Positions 8,598 to 16,813 of a DNA stretch of 24,000 nucleotides are shown here, piece after piece (position 1 is the first letter of the stretch; each line of letters starts with the position of its first letter). The notes beneath the pieces were generated by a model, which was not told where the DNA came from, did not search any database, and was given only the letters and a program-made list of their open reading frames with translations. The stretch lies in sequence record PP993148.1, one strand, 5' to 3'. The position numbers were made by a program, and so were the translations under genes. This DNA comes from Klebsiella phage vB_KleM_kp20.

Positions 8598-9152
8598 ATG
8601 TTGAAAACTCGTAGTGCAATGGAAGTAACCCACTGGGCGCGTACCATGATGGAAAAACACGGTTTGATCAGTAATGGTTGGACATTCCGGATCAATGGAC
8701 GCATTACAAAAACTCTGGGCCGTTGCAGTTATACCAAAAAACTGATCGAACTATCTGGTCGTCATGTTGCGGAAGATATCTACGAGGATATTTTAGACAC
8801 TCTTTTACACGAAATCGCTCATGCTCTTGTCGGGCGCGGTTATGAACATGGTAAAGTGTGGCAAGCTATGGCCTTGCGCCTGGGTGCTAAACCTTCACCA
8901 AGTAAAACAACTACAAAGGATGCTAATCTGGTTGATAAGAATGAGATCCTTTACTGTTTGTTCATGAAAGATTATCAAGGCCGTGAAGTCTATCAGGCTA
9001 AAGCTGATAAGAAGTTTTACAACGATGTGATGAACGGTGTTAAGGATATGAAAAACATTTGGATCAGTGGGCGCAAGGCATACACAAAAGGCCGTCTGTA
9101 TATCCGTCCAGTAACCCATGAAGAACTTGCATATATTCGCAAAGAGGGGTAA
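8598..9152 (+). CDS. SprT-like zinc metalloprotease-fold protein
   Basis: HEIAHALVGRGYEHGKVWQAMALRLGAKP contains the HExxH ... GHxxxW-like SprT signature; RBS CAAAGGAG. Confidence 0.8.
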   Translation: MLKTRSAMEVTHWARTMMEKHGLISNGWTFRINGRITKTLGRCSYTKKLIELSGRHVAEDIYEDILDTLLHEIAHALVGRGYEHGKVWQAMALRLGAKPSPSKTTTKDANLVDKNEILYCLFMKDYQGREVYQAKADKKFYNDVMNGVKDMKNIWISGRKAYTKGRLYIRPVTHEELAYIRKEG

Positions 9153-9155
9153 GGT

Positions 9156-9392
9156 ATGACACGTTGTAATGCGCCTAAGTTGGGAAAATATCTGACCATA
9201 TTCGGATTTTGTGCGTTCTTTTCTATCATTATCGGGGCTATCGTGTGGGGTATACTTGATATGAAGAAACAGCAGGTCGAGGAAGAAAAATTGGTAAAAT
9301 TCCTTGACACTTATTGCGAAGTAGTAGAATATGGCCTGAACAAAAAGCCAACGAAGTACTCTTGTGACCAAGTTATTTTTAATGTTAAGTGA
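9156..9392 (+). CDS. small membrane protein upstream of rIIA (78 aa)
   Basis: TM segment YLTIFGFCAFFSIIIGAIVWGIL; packed between SprT-like and rIIA. Confidence 0.6.
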   Translation: MTRCNAPKLGKYLTIFGFCAFFSIIIGAIVWGILDMKKQQVEEEKLVKFLDTYCEVVEYGLNKKPTKYSCDQVIFNVK

Positions 9393-9402
9393 GAAATAAA
9401 CA

Positions 9403-11664
9403 ATGAAATTACGCGAAGATACACCGCAAACAATCTACCGAGTTGGTACAGATACCAGCAAGGGAAGAAACAAACTATCTCTACGCGCAAACAAGAAAGC
9501 GTATAAGATCCTTTCTTCGACAGTATACAAATACAAGATCCGCGCAATCATTCGCGAACTGTCTTGTAATGCGATCGATGGACACAAAGAAGCGGGAAAT
9601 CAGAACCCGTTTGATGTCCAGTTGCCAACTGCTGTTGATCCTCGTTTTGTTATTCGTGACTACGGGATCGGTATGTCTCCTGATTTCGTTAGTGATGCGT
9701 TTACCGTTTACTTCGAATCAACTAAAAATGATTCAAACGACCTGATCGGTTCTATGGGTCTGGGTTGCAAATCTCCGCTTTGCTATGCCGATGCGTTCAC
9801 AGTTGAATCTGTAAAAGACGGTATCAAATGCGGTTACACAATCTATATGGATGATGGGGAACCGTTCTGCGATCCTCTGTATGAGATTGAAAGTGATGAA
9901 CCTAACGGGGTTACTATCACTGTTCCGGTTAAAGTTGAAGATATCAAAGAATGGGAAAACGAAGCAGCAAGGGTATACGAATCATTTACTGATATTCGTC
10001 CTAACTTTGTTGGTGCTTCTATTCTCAAAATCAACTATCAGCCGAAAGAAGCAACCAACGATAGCGGGGTGATCCGTCATAAATCAGCATACACTAGCGG
10101 TGTATATGCTCGCATGGGTAACATCATTTATCCTCTGGATAAAGATTTGTATGATACCTCGATGTTCTATTGCTATACAGAAAGCCAGTATACGTATATT
10201 ATTGACTTCCCGATCGGTGAACTTGATTTCATGCCTTCTCGCGAAGAGTTGAGTATGGATAAAATGACAGTAGGGATTATTAAAGAACGTCTGAAACAAA
10301 TCAGCCGGGTGTATTTCAATCGAGTTAAATCAGAATTCGATAAGTTACAAACCGTTCGTGATAAACTGACGTGGTTCCATTCTCTGCCTTCAATGGTACA
10401 AAACTTTGTTGGTAAAGATGCTAATTTTCGCACCAACGGTGATTCTATTGGCTGGATCCATAGTGAACTAGTCAAACCCAACAAATATAATGATGATTAT
10501 ATTGCTGGGTATTGGGCGAACGAATACGACGGTAAAGATGCATGGTATCAGGTAACGGGTAGCGGAGGCCGCTGGAGCAAGTATAAGCCAGAAACAACCA
10601 AGCGCCAGGACATCACACGCATTTATTATCCGTGGAAACAAAAGAAACTCATTCTGTTAAAAGTGGATACCAACACGGTTAAACCGTATATCGTTGGGTA
10701 TGCTAAAATGCATAACCTAAGCCGTGTTAGCTTTGTTGCATATTACGATAGTGATTCAAAGCGTGAGATTGTTAATGATATCGTTCGGAAAGGTCATTTT
10801 GATGAATCGGAAATTGTGTATCTCCGTACCAGTGAAATGACAAAAGAAAAAGAGATCTATGATGCAGATCGCGAAAAATCAAAAGCGCTATATGCACCGA
10901 AAAATTCAGAACCGCGCCCAAAAACCCCGACCGTATATCGTTATGAGTTGGATAGTAACGGCAATCTGGCAAAAACTTCTCTGTTTATGACAAAATCAGA
11001 GTTTTTATCACTGGATAAAGCCCCAGGTGTTCGGTTGTATGGTATTGATGAATATAGCCGCTTAGATGGTGAAAATTCCAGGTTGTCTATGGATTCAGCA
11101 ATGAAAGAATCTACTTTATCGCGTATCATGCGCCATACTGGGATCCCTGTTGTGTTTGCTATCCGTAACAGCCTCTGGAAGTGGATCCCAGATTCAAATC
11201 TGGTATGCTTTGATGATATGCTGTGCAAGCAGTATGTTAAATCCGAAAAGGCATTGAAAGACAATTGCTTGCCTGGATGGATTGGCAAGGAACACTCAAC
11301 AGAAACAAACGCATTGCATAGCCGTTTTGGTGTATCGCTTGATCGGATTGTGAAAAACCGATATAATGAAAAACTGTATAAGATTGTTGATACCCTCGAA
11401 CTTATAGTGTGTCTGGAAGGGTATGAGAAAGATGGTAAAAATCTTTCCAGGGCGCGTTGTCCGATTCTGCGTGAATCTGTAGCATCAATGCGCGTTAAAC
11501 GCAGCAATATGAAAAAACGTGTTGATCAGGCATGGGAAATCTTTAAATCACTAAACCCGTTACTGGCTTCACTTGTTGAACATAGCGATTCTTATTCAAT
11601 TCGTCCGATTTACAACAACGAAAAGAATCTCAGTGAGTTTAAGAAATTAATACGGTGGAAATAA
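9403..11664 (+). CDS. rIIA: rIIA protector from prophage-induced early lysis
   Basis: GHKL-like N-term KIRAIIRELSCNAIDGHKEAGN..PFDVQLPTAVDPRFVIRDYGIGMSPDF..YFESTKNDSNDLIGSMGLGCKSPL; 753 aa; immediately precedes rIIB. Confidence 0.93.
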   Translation: MKLREDTPQTIYRVGTDTSKGRNKLSLRANKKAYKILSSTVYKYKIRAIIRELSCNAIDGHKEAGNQNPFDVQLPTAVDPRFVIRDYGIGMSPDFVSDAFTVYFESTKNDSNDLIGSMGLGCKSPLCYADAFTVESVKDGIKCGYTIYMDDGEPFCDPLYEIESDEPNGVTITVPVKVEDIKEWENEAARVYESFTDIRPNFVGASILKINYQPKEATNDSGVIRHKSAYTSGVYARMGNIIYPLDKDLYDTSMFYCYTESQYTYIIDFPIGELDFMPSREELSMDKMTVGIIKERLKQISRVYFNRVKSEFDKLQTVRDKLTWFHSLPSMVQNFVGKDANFRTNGDSIGWIHSELVKPNKYNDDYIAGYWANEYDGKDAWYQVTGSGGRWSKYKPETTKRQDITRIYYPWKQKKLILLKVDTNTVKPYIVGYAKMHNLSRVSFVAYYDSDSKREIVNDIVRKGHFDESEIVYLRTSEMTKEKEIYDADREKSKALYAPKNSEPRPKTPTVYRYELDSNGNLAKTSLFMTKSEFLSLDKAPGVRLYGIDEYSRLDGENSRLSMDSAMKESTLSRIMRHTGIPVVFAIRNSLWKWIPDSNLVCFDDMLCKQYVKSEKALKDNCLPGWIGKEHSTETNALHSRFGVSLDRIVKNRYNEKLYKIVDTLELIVCLEGYEKDGKNLSRARCPILRESVASMRVKRSNMKKRVDQAWEIFKSLNPLLASLVEHSDSYSIRPIYNNEKNLSEFKKLIRWK

Positions 11665-12563
11665 TGGTCAAAATTCTTGACGAAGTACAACAGAAAGCTA
11701 TCTATAATGGATGGTTGACGGGGGCAAGTAAAACAGCACTGGCCCAACAGTTCAACGTAAGCGCCCGAACCATTGGGCGCGTTATCAACCGCAAGTTAGC
11801 GGAATTCCCTAAGAAAAGGGATGTAAAACAAAAGCCTAAAGTATCAGACACTGTACCGCGTATGATCGGATCTGAATCGTTCATTACGGTTGTATACGAA
11901 GGGCGCGTTTTCATGGCGGGTGAAACACATCCGAACTTTAAGAAAGCGCATGAAATGCTGAAAGCTGGTGATGTCAAAGGTGCTGTAACTTGTTTGGATA
12001 CTCAAGAAGCGATCCGAACCTATAGCAAAGGCAACATTAAAATCATTGGTCATCAGCTTCTATATAAAGATGTAGTGTTTGATTCTGATATCACTCAACG
12101 AATCATTCGCGAAATGTATAACGATCGTCCGTATGAACATCTGGTGAACTTCTTTGAACGGTTGATGCGAAACCCTTCACGCGATGCTGTATACCAGCTT
12201 TACGGGTTCCTTGTACATAATGACATTGAACTGACCGATGATGGTTGTTTCCTTGCCTGGAAACGTGTACGCGATAACTATAAAGATCTCGCTACTGGCA
12301 AATTTGATAATAGTCCTGGTGTAACTGTCTCCATTCCTCGAAACATGGTAGACGAAGATAAAACGCGCACCTGTTCTACTGGTCTACACGTTGCGGCTAA
12401 ATCATACCTTCCACACTACGGGGGCGGTATTGGTAGAGTCATTCAGGTAAAGGTGGATCCTGCTGACGTGGTAGCGATCCCAGTGGATTACAATAACGCA
12501 AAAATGCGTGTATGCCGTTATAAAGTCATGATTGATGTTACATATGGTTTTAGCCATTACTAA
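11664..12563 (+). CDS. rIIB: rIIB protector from prophage-induced early lysis
   Basis: TAATG junction with rIIA; DGCFLAWKRVRDNYKDLATGKFDNSPGVTVSIPRNMVDEDKTRTCSTGLHVAAKSYLPHYGG...VVAIPVDYNNAKMRVCRYKV; N-terminal HTH. Confidence 0.93.
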   Translation: MVKILDEVQQKAIYNGWLTGASKTALAQQFNVSARTIGRVINRKLAEFPKKRDVKQKPKVSDTVPRMIGSESFITVVYEGRVFMAGETHPNFKKAHEMLKAGDVKGAVTCLDTQEAIRTYSKGNIKIIGHQLLYKDVVFDSDITQRIIREMYNDRPYEHLVNFFERLMRNPSRDAVYQLYGFLVHNDIELTDDGCFLAWKRVRDNYKDLATGKFDNSPGVTVSIPRNMVDEDKTRTCSTGLHVAAKSYLPHYGGGIGRVIQVKVDPADVVAIPVDYNNAKMRVCRYKVMIDVTYGFSHY

Positions 12564-12608
12564 CTAAACAACCGCGCCTGGAGAGTTCTGGGCGCATAGG
12601 AGACTATC

Positions 12609-12983
12609 ATGAAATTTAAAAACATGCCTTCGGCTAACGAAACTCGCGCTAGTGGTGAATCTATTCTGAAAACTGCCCGTGAAATGTGGGCCGACGACCG
12701 GGTAGAATCCGGGAAAGGTTACGTATTTCGTAAAGGATTTGGTGCATTTTATGTTGCAACCACCTTTATAGTAGGGTATAGTTGTTTAGGAATCGCGTGG
12801 ATGCAACGATATCTTGAACGTGCTGTTCTTTTTGTGATACGTTTTCTGTTTACATTGATCAGCGTAGTGATTAGCATCCCATTTCTGAGCATCGCCTTGT
12901 TTGTTAACGTAAAAACAGGCGAAATTACAAAATTAGGCAAACTGGTATCTAAAAAATATGAAAAGAATTCTGACAAGACTTGA
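12609..12983 (+). CDS. hypothetical membrane protein (124 aa)
   Basis: Two hydrophobic segments; RBS TAGGAG. Confidence 0.65.
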   Translation: MKFKNMPSANETRASGESILKTAREMWADDRVESGKGYVFRKGFGAFYVATTFIVGYSCLGIAWMQRYLERAVLFVIRFLFTLISVVISIPFLSIALFVNVKTGEITKLGKLVSKKYEKNSDKT

Positions 12984-13395
12984 CATTCACAAATACGCAA
13001 TTAAAATTGGTGACATGAAACGCGGAACCTTCAAGAAATTCGAAGGCGTGGATCTGAAAGAAAACGGGTTTTACCTGGTAGTTGATGATAAAACAGGGCG
13101 CGTAGTATTCCGTTTCTACGTAGCACCAAATCAACGCCGTAAAACTGGTGCTAGTCGTACTCTGTTACGTATCAAGCGCCGCGAACACGAACCGTCTGCG
13201 ATGGTTGCGATGCTGGAAAGTGCTTCTCTGTACTATGTAGCACATGACAAAATCAAAAACCTGTTCGGTTTCCCGAACCTCAACGGATCAACGTTCGAAA
13301 GTGCTATTCAAATGCGTTATGGTGCTGGTGAAAACTACACCGAGTGGAACCGCGCACTGAATGACATTTATGATTTTGAATTCCAGCCGTATTGA
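12958..13395 (+). CDS. hypothetical protein (start at 12958 or internal ATG about 13015)
   Basis: Open frame with plausible composition; FKKFEGVDLKENGFYLVVDDKTGRVVFRFYVAPNQRR. Confidence 0.6.
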   Translation: MKRILTRLDIHKYAIKIGDMKRGTFKKFEGVDLKENGFYLVVDDKTGRVVFRFYVAPNQRRKTGASRTLLRIKRREHEPSAMVAMLESASLYYVAHDKIKNLFGFPNLNGSTFESAIQMRYGAGENYTEWNRALNDIYDFEFQPY

Positions 13396-13431
13396 TGTAT
13401 ACTGATTAAAACTAACCAATTGAGATAAATT

Positions 13432-13680
13432 ATGAAACTGTTTAATAAAATTCGTTCTGTAGATGAAATCGTAGCAACTTTCGACAAAACCCTGTCTGAA
13501 CTGGAAGCGCGTATTGCTCACGATAATGAGCAGGTTGCACAGGTTGCAGCAGATCGCCAAGCAGCAGAAGAAGAACATCAGCGTAAGCTGGCGGAACTGG
13601 CTTCAAAAGAAAGCGATCATACTGCAAGTGCAACCCGCGCCGGACGTATCGCAGACAAGATCCGCAAACTGCTGGATTAA
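13432..13680 (+). CDS. predicted coiled-coil protein (82 aa)
   Basis: Heptad-rich, charged sequence IVATFDKTLSELEARIAHDNEQVAQVAADRQAAEEEHQRKL. Confidence 0.6.
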   Translation: MKLFNKIRSVDEIVATFDKTLSELEARIAHDNEQVAQVAADRQAAEEEHQRKLAELASKESDHTASATRAGRIADKIRKLLD

Positions 13681-13689
13681 TTCTCTAAA

Positions 13690-13708
13690 ATGGGGCTGAA
13701 AAGCCCCA
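13690..13708 (+). other. intergenic hairpin
   Basis: TGGGGCTGAAAAGCCCCA perfect stem; no U-tract follows, so possibly an RNA processing or translation element. Confidence 0.4.
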
Positions 13709-13724
13709 ATAAGGAAAATAATAT

Positions 13725-13954
13725 ATGTTTGTAATTTCTTCGTACTATGATTCGCGTCAACGAGTATCGCTGTCTTCTATTTCCAAAGCACCAAAAGATA
13801 TAGATGACTTCGGATTGCTTAACTTCGTCAAAAAGAAATCGACCGCGTTGTTCCAGAAAAATACAGAATTGTTAAAGGATCTGATAGCTTAACTATCGTA
13901 AAAATGTATGGTGAAGTCAGTATTCAACATCATGTGCCATTATATCCTCGATGA
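13725..13954 (+). CDS. hypothetical protein, apparent -1 frameshift at 13830-13834 (AAAAA)
   Basis: MFVISSYYDSRQRVSLSSISKAPKDIDDFGLLNFVKK | EIDRVVPEKYRIVKGSDSLTIVKMYGEVSIQHHVPLYPR*; the -1 frame ends in ATGA overlap with the next ORF. Confidence 0.6.
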
Positions 13955-14088
13955 ACAATCTGGTAGCGAAACATGCATGGATTAACCGCGCTTCTACTCA
14001 CCGCGATCGCAAGCGAGCACTTAAAGAAGCAAAACGTAAACAGAAACATAAAGGTAAGTGTGATGAAAACCGCTTTGATTATTCTTGA
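13951..14088 (+). CDS. hypothetical very basic small protein (45 aa)
   Basis: MNNLVAKHAWINRASTHRDRKRALKEAKRKQKHKGKCDENRFDYS*; ATGA overlap upstream. Confidence 0.45.
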   Translation: MNNLVAKHAWINRASTHRDRKRALKEAKRKQKHKGKCDENRFDYS

Positions 14089-14392
14089 GGAAATCCCAGA
14101 AAACACGGGGCTGTATCTCGTTGAAGCCGACGAAGATATCATTGAAATCCTCAAAACCGCTCACGGGCATTATGTGAACGGATGCAACAACACCCCAGAA
14201 CAGGATCGCGCTGTCGATATCGTTAACCTCATGTTAGGGCCGCGTACAGACGACAACCTGGCATGGGCGAGTGAATCCAACATTCCTCATGAGTATGTCG
14301 GGATGTATTATCAGTGCAACGTTGATGCAGATGTGCCACTGATACCGGAAAAACAGATCGATTTAGTAGTTAGAACAGGGTTCTTCTTATGA
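14063..14392 (+). CDS. hypothetical acidic protein (109 aa)
   Basis: In-frame ATG 14063 after AAGGTAAG; MKTALIILEEIPENTGLYLVEADEDIIEILKTAH. Confidence 0.6.
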   Translation: MKTALIILEEIPENTGLYLVEADEDIIEILKTAHGHYVNGCNNTPEQDRAVDIVNLMLGPRTDDNLAWASESNIPHEYVGMYYQCNVDADVPLIPEKQIDLVVRTGFFL

Positions 14393-14616
14393 GTATACAA
14401 ATTCTGTTCAGTAAAGAAGATCCATTAGGTACGGAATCATCGGTTCAGCGCTTATTCTGGCATACAGATTATATAAAAAATCGATGTCGTGGCCCAAACA
14501 ACACATGGGGAAGCAACAACGATATTGACAAAGCAAAAATTTATCCTCGCGGAAAGGCGTACTGGAAAATTTTTGATATTCATCTTCATAAAACAATGAA
14601 AGATTCGAATGAATGA
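14389..14616 (+). CDS. hypothetical protein (75 aa)
   Basis: ATGA overlap with upstream gene. Confidence 0.5.
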   Translation: MSIQILFSKEDPLGTESSVQRLFWHTDYIKNRCRGPNNTWGSNNDIDKAKIYPRGKAYWKIFDIHLHKTMKDSNE

Positions 14617-14620
14617 TGAA

Positions 14621-14671
14621 AAAGCCCTTGACTTCGGTCAGGGGCTTTTGCTATATTAGCCATATCGAAAC
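14621..14671 (+). promoter_or_regulatory. Composite terminator/promoter with 5'-leader motif (element 6)
   Basis: AAAAGCCCTTGAC-TTCG-GTCAGGGGCTTTT stem-loop; TTGACT (14628-14633), 18-nt spacer, TATATT (14652-14657); ATCGAAAC 14664-14671. Confidence 0.7.
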
Positions 14672-14696
14672 GAGATACCCTTTAAGGAGAAATACC

Positions 14697-15494
14697 ATGA
14701 CTAACGCAACCGTAGTTACTACCACTTACTTCATTTCTTCTGGTCGTAAAAATGCAATGTACACCTTGCGTGTTGAGCGTAGAGGTGGCGGTTATACTTC
14801 TGATAACTATATCTGCAACTTATCTACCGATCCGGAGAAAGCGGAAGCGAAAGCGCGTGAGTATTTCGACCGTGTTTCAGCCCGTTTAACTGAAACTGAT
14901 ACTTTCAAAATGGTATTCCAGGGCTTTGCAGATTTCGATCTGTTCGAACGTCGCGGTAAACTGTCAGTGTTCGATACTGAAAAACTGGAACTGCTGGAAA
15001 AAGGGATCATGCCGATTGGCAAGCGTAAAGGCGAAGTAATTGCAGAAATGCCAATGTTTACTGTTCTTTGGTGGGCTGACCAGTCTAAAGAAGACAACAA
15101 AAACAGCCCTGTATTTGACGCCGTGTGTGCTTACTGCATGGGTGTTGCACTGGAGAAGGATTATATCGCCAAACGCGAAGAAATCCGCGAACAGTGGGAA
15201 CAAGAGCGCCAGGAACGCATTTCTAAAGCTAACCACATCGGTGAAATCAAACAGCGTCTGGAAATGACCGGAACCGTTGAGAAAGTGATTTCACTGGGAT
15301 ATACTCAAGTTTCTTACTACACTTCTGTAGAAAGATTCATGACCAAAATTAATGTTGATGGTAATGTTGTTGTTTACTTCGGTAATAACATTGCAAACGA
15401 AGGTGATGAAATCACTTTCAAAGCAACCGTTAAAGAGCACGGAGAATACAAAGACGTTAAACAAACCATCGTTCAACGTGTAAAGGTTTTATAA
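14697..15494 (+). CDS. hypothetical protein with a possible C-terminal OB-like region (265 aa)
   Basis: RBS AAGGAG; C-term VDGNVVVYFGNNIANEGDEITFKATVKEHGEYKDVKQTIVQRVKV resembles a recurrent phage domain (FxATVKxHxxYxxxKQTxxxR). Confidence 0.65.
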   Translation: MTNATVVTTTYFISSGRKNAMYTLRVERRGGGYTSDNYICNLSTDPEKAEAKAREYFDRVSARLTETDTFKMVFQGFADFDLFERRGKLSVFDTEKLELLEKGIMPIGKRKGEVIAEMPMFTVLWWADQSKEDNKNSPVFDAVCAYCMGVALEKDYIAKREEIREQWEQERQERISKANHIGEIKQRLEMTGTVEKVISLGYTQVSYYTSVERFMTKINVDGNVVVYFGNNIANEGDEITFKATVKEHGEYKDVKQTIVQRVKVL

Positions 15495-15793
15495 TGACAT
15501 ACGAAGATATGCTTAATGAAGTGTGCGCGGGTAAAACCGCGTACCGCACTACCAACCCTGATATGATTGTGTTTCGTGAAGGGGATACAATCATCAGACG
15601 TACACACCGCAAGTGTGAAGTAAACCAGGTATTCATTGCCACGGTAGAAGAACAAAAGGCTACTGATTGGGATATCGTCATTGACGAAGAAAACCACGAT
15701 GAGCTAGATCATCCGATATTCATTTTGAGTGAAACTATCGGAATTCGACCATTCATGCATAGAAATTTTTGGGGAATCTATGACGTTCGATGA
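15494..15793 (+). CDS. DUF2829/Tad2-like protein (candidate anti-Thoeris), copy 1
   Basis: TAATG junction; N-term MTYEDMLNEVCAGKTAYR and ..FIATVEEQKATDWDIV match the family layout (M-[FY]-x-EAL-x-GK-x-x-R ... A-x-DW-x-x). Confidence 0.5.
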   Translation: MTYEDMLNEVCAGKTAYRTTNPDMIVFREGDTIIRRTHRKCEVNQVFIATVEEQKATDWDIVIDEENHDELDHPIFILSETIGIRPFMHRNFWGIYDVR

Positions 15794-16049
15794 GGCTATG
15801 AGAGCCGCTAAGAGAGGTTGTAAAGTTGCGCCAATAGGTAGGCCATTCTTCGTGTATTATCACGACAGCGCTGGATACAGGCGGGTTACGTTGGGGGTTT
15901 CGGCAAGGAATGAAGATTATGTTCCGGATCCGTGGGACAAATTGAAAGTTTGGGATATTTACGAGAAAAATAGCCCGGTGATGAACTTCTTTAAAGCAAT
16001 CAAACGGGCTATTGGAAGAACACACAATTTAACACCAGCATTACGTTAA
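15780..16049 (+). CDS. DUF2829/Tad2-like protein, copy 2 (89 aa from ATG 15780)
   Basis: GGGGAATCTATG start; MTFDEAMRAAKRGCKVAPIGRPFFVYYHDSAG...YVPDPWDKLKVWDIYE shows the same layout as copy 1. Confidence 0.45.
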   Translation: MTFDEAMRAAKRGCKVAPIGRPFFVYYHDSAGYRRVTLGVSARNEDYVPDPWDKLKVWDIYEKNSPVMNFFKAIKRAIGRTHNLTPALR

Positions 16050-16697
16050 TCACCTCACTCGACCTAAAATACGCGCGGCCTGTCCACATATGATGTTTAG
16101 CTTCATATCTGGTATATTAGGCCGCTTTGCGTACCATTCCATCAAAACCGATCCAGAATAGTAGTTATCAAGATTAAAATAAGGGCAACTAAAAGTATAA
16201 GCTACTGGCACAAAATCACGTGTCGGTAGGTAGGAACTTGCTTTAGTGGATGAATAATACAAGCCATTTATATGATTCGTGTACTCTTCGGATGTTTTAT
16301 CGATCGGATAACCGCCGAGGTTTTTAGGATCGATCTGGGATGGTAATTTTCCCTGATATTCTACAATGTCAACAAAATAGTTTATATTCTTTGGTCTGAA
16401 TGCCAATACCGCTGAAAAATCCGCGTTGGAAGTAAGATGAACTATGCTCAACTGTTCCAACGCGGATTGATTAAACTTTTCAGTTCTTTCCATTTCGATA
16501 GCCCTTGTATCGACTACAAGGGCACCTTTTATCATCGGGAATATATCAGTCCATTTGTACCAAGTTACTACCATAAGAAACATAACCATTATTAGAATTA
16601 TTTTTATCAGCAATTGTTTCCATGTTTTCACACCCATCACAAACGAGATTACCCGGTCAAATAAGGCTAGTTTATCTACGGGATTTCTCTCAGCCAT
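16050..16697 (-). CDS. t: T4-type t holin
   Basis: TM near N-term (LIKIILIMVMFLMVVTWY); EKFNQSALEQLSIVHLTSNADFSAVLAFRPKNINYFVDIVEYQGKLPSQI..LGGYPIDKT..EEYTNHINGLYY..PYFNLDNYY..ICGQAARILGR closely follows T4 gpt. Confidence 0.95.
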   Translation of the reverse strand: MAERNPVDKLALFDRVISFVMGVKTWKQLLIKIILIMVMFLMVVTWYKWTDIFPMIKGALVVDTRAIEMERTEKFNQSALEQLSIVHLTSNADFSAVLAFRPKNINYFVDIVEYQGKLPSQIDPKNLGGYPIDKTSEEYTNHINGLYYSSTKASSYLPTRDFVPVAYTFSCPYFNLDNYYSGSVLMEWYAKRPNIPDMKLNIICGQAARILGRVR

Positions 16698-16746
16698 TTT
16701 TATAAGACTCTTCTTAGGTTACTATACGTATATTTAGGATACAACA

Positions 16747-16772
16747 AAAGGCTACCATACAGGTAGCCTTTT
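16747..16772 (-). terminator. hairpin terminator between gene 38 and t (sequence is symmetric, possibly bidirectional)
   Basis: AAAAGGCTACC-atac-GGTAGCCTTTT. Confidence 0.65.
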
Positions 16773-16813
16773 AATCTATTTAATATTATGAGGTGAATTT
16801 GTTGGTTTACCTA

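Noticed and set aside
9600-11510. Antisense ORFs opposite rIIA (e.g. 10941-11507 -)
   Set aside because: Opposite a strongly supported conserved gene; no start signals
12574-12595. GCGCC...GGCGC inverted repeat between rIIB and the next gene
   Set aside because: Short 5-bp stem, no U-tract; insufficient for a terminator or riboswitch call
13825-13840. C AAA AAG as a dnaX-like programmed frameshift site
   Set aside because: Resembles A_AAA_AAG in frame, but no stimulatory stem-loop or internal SD was evident and the same-sign breaks at non-slippery tracts elsewhere make a missing A more likely
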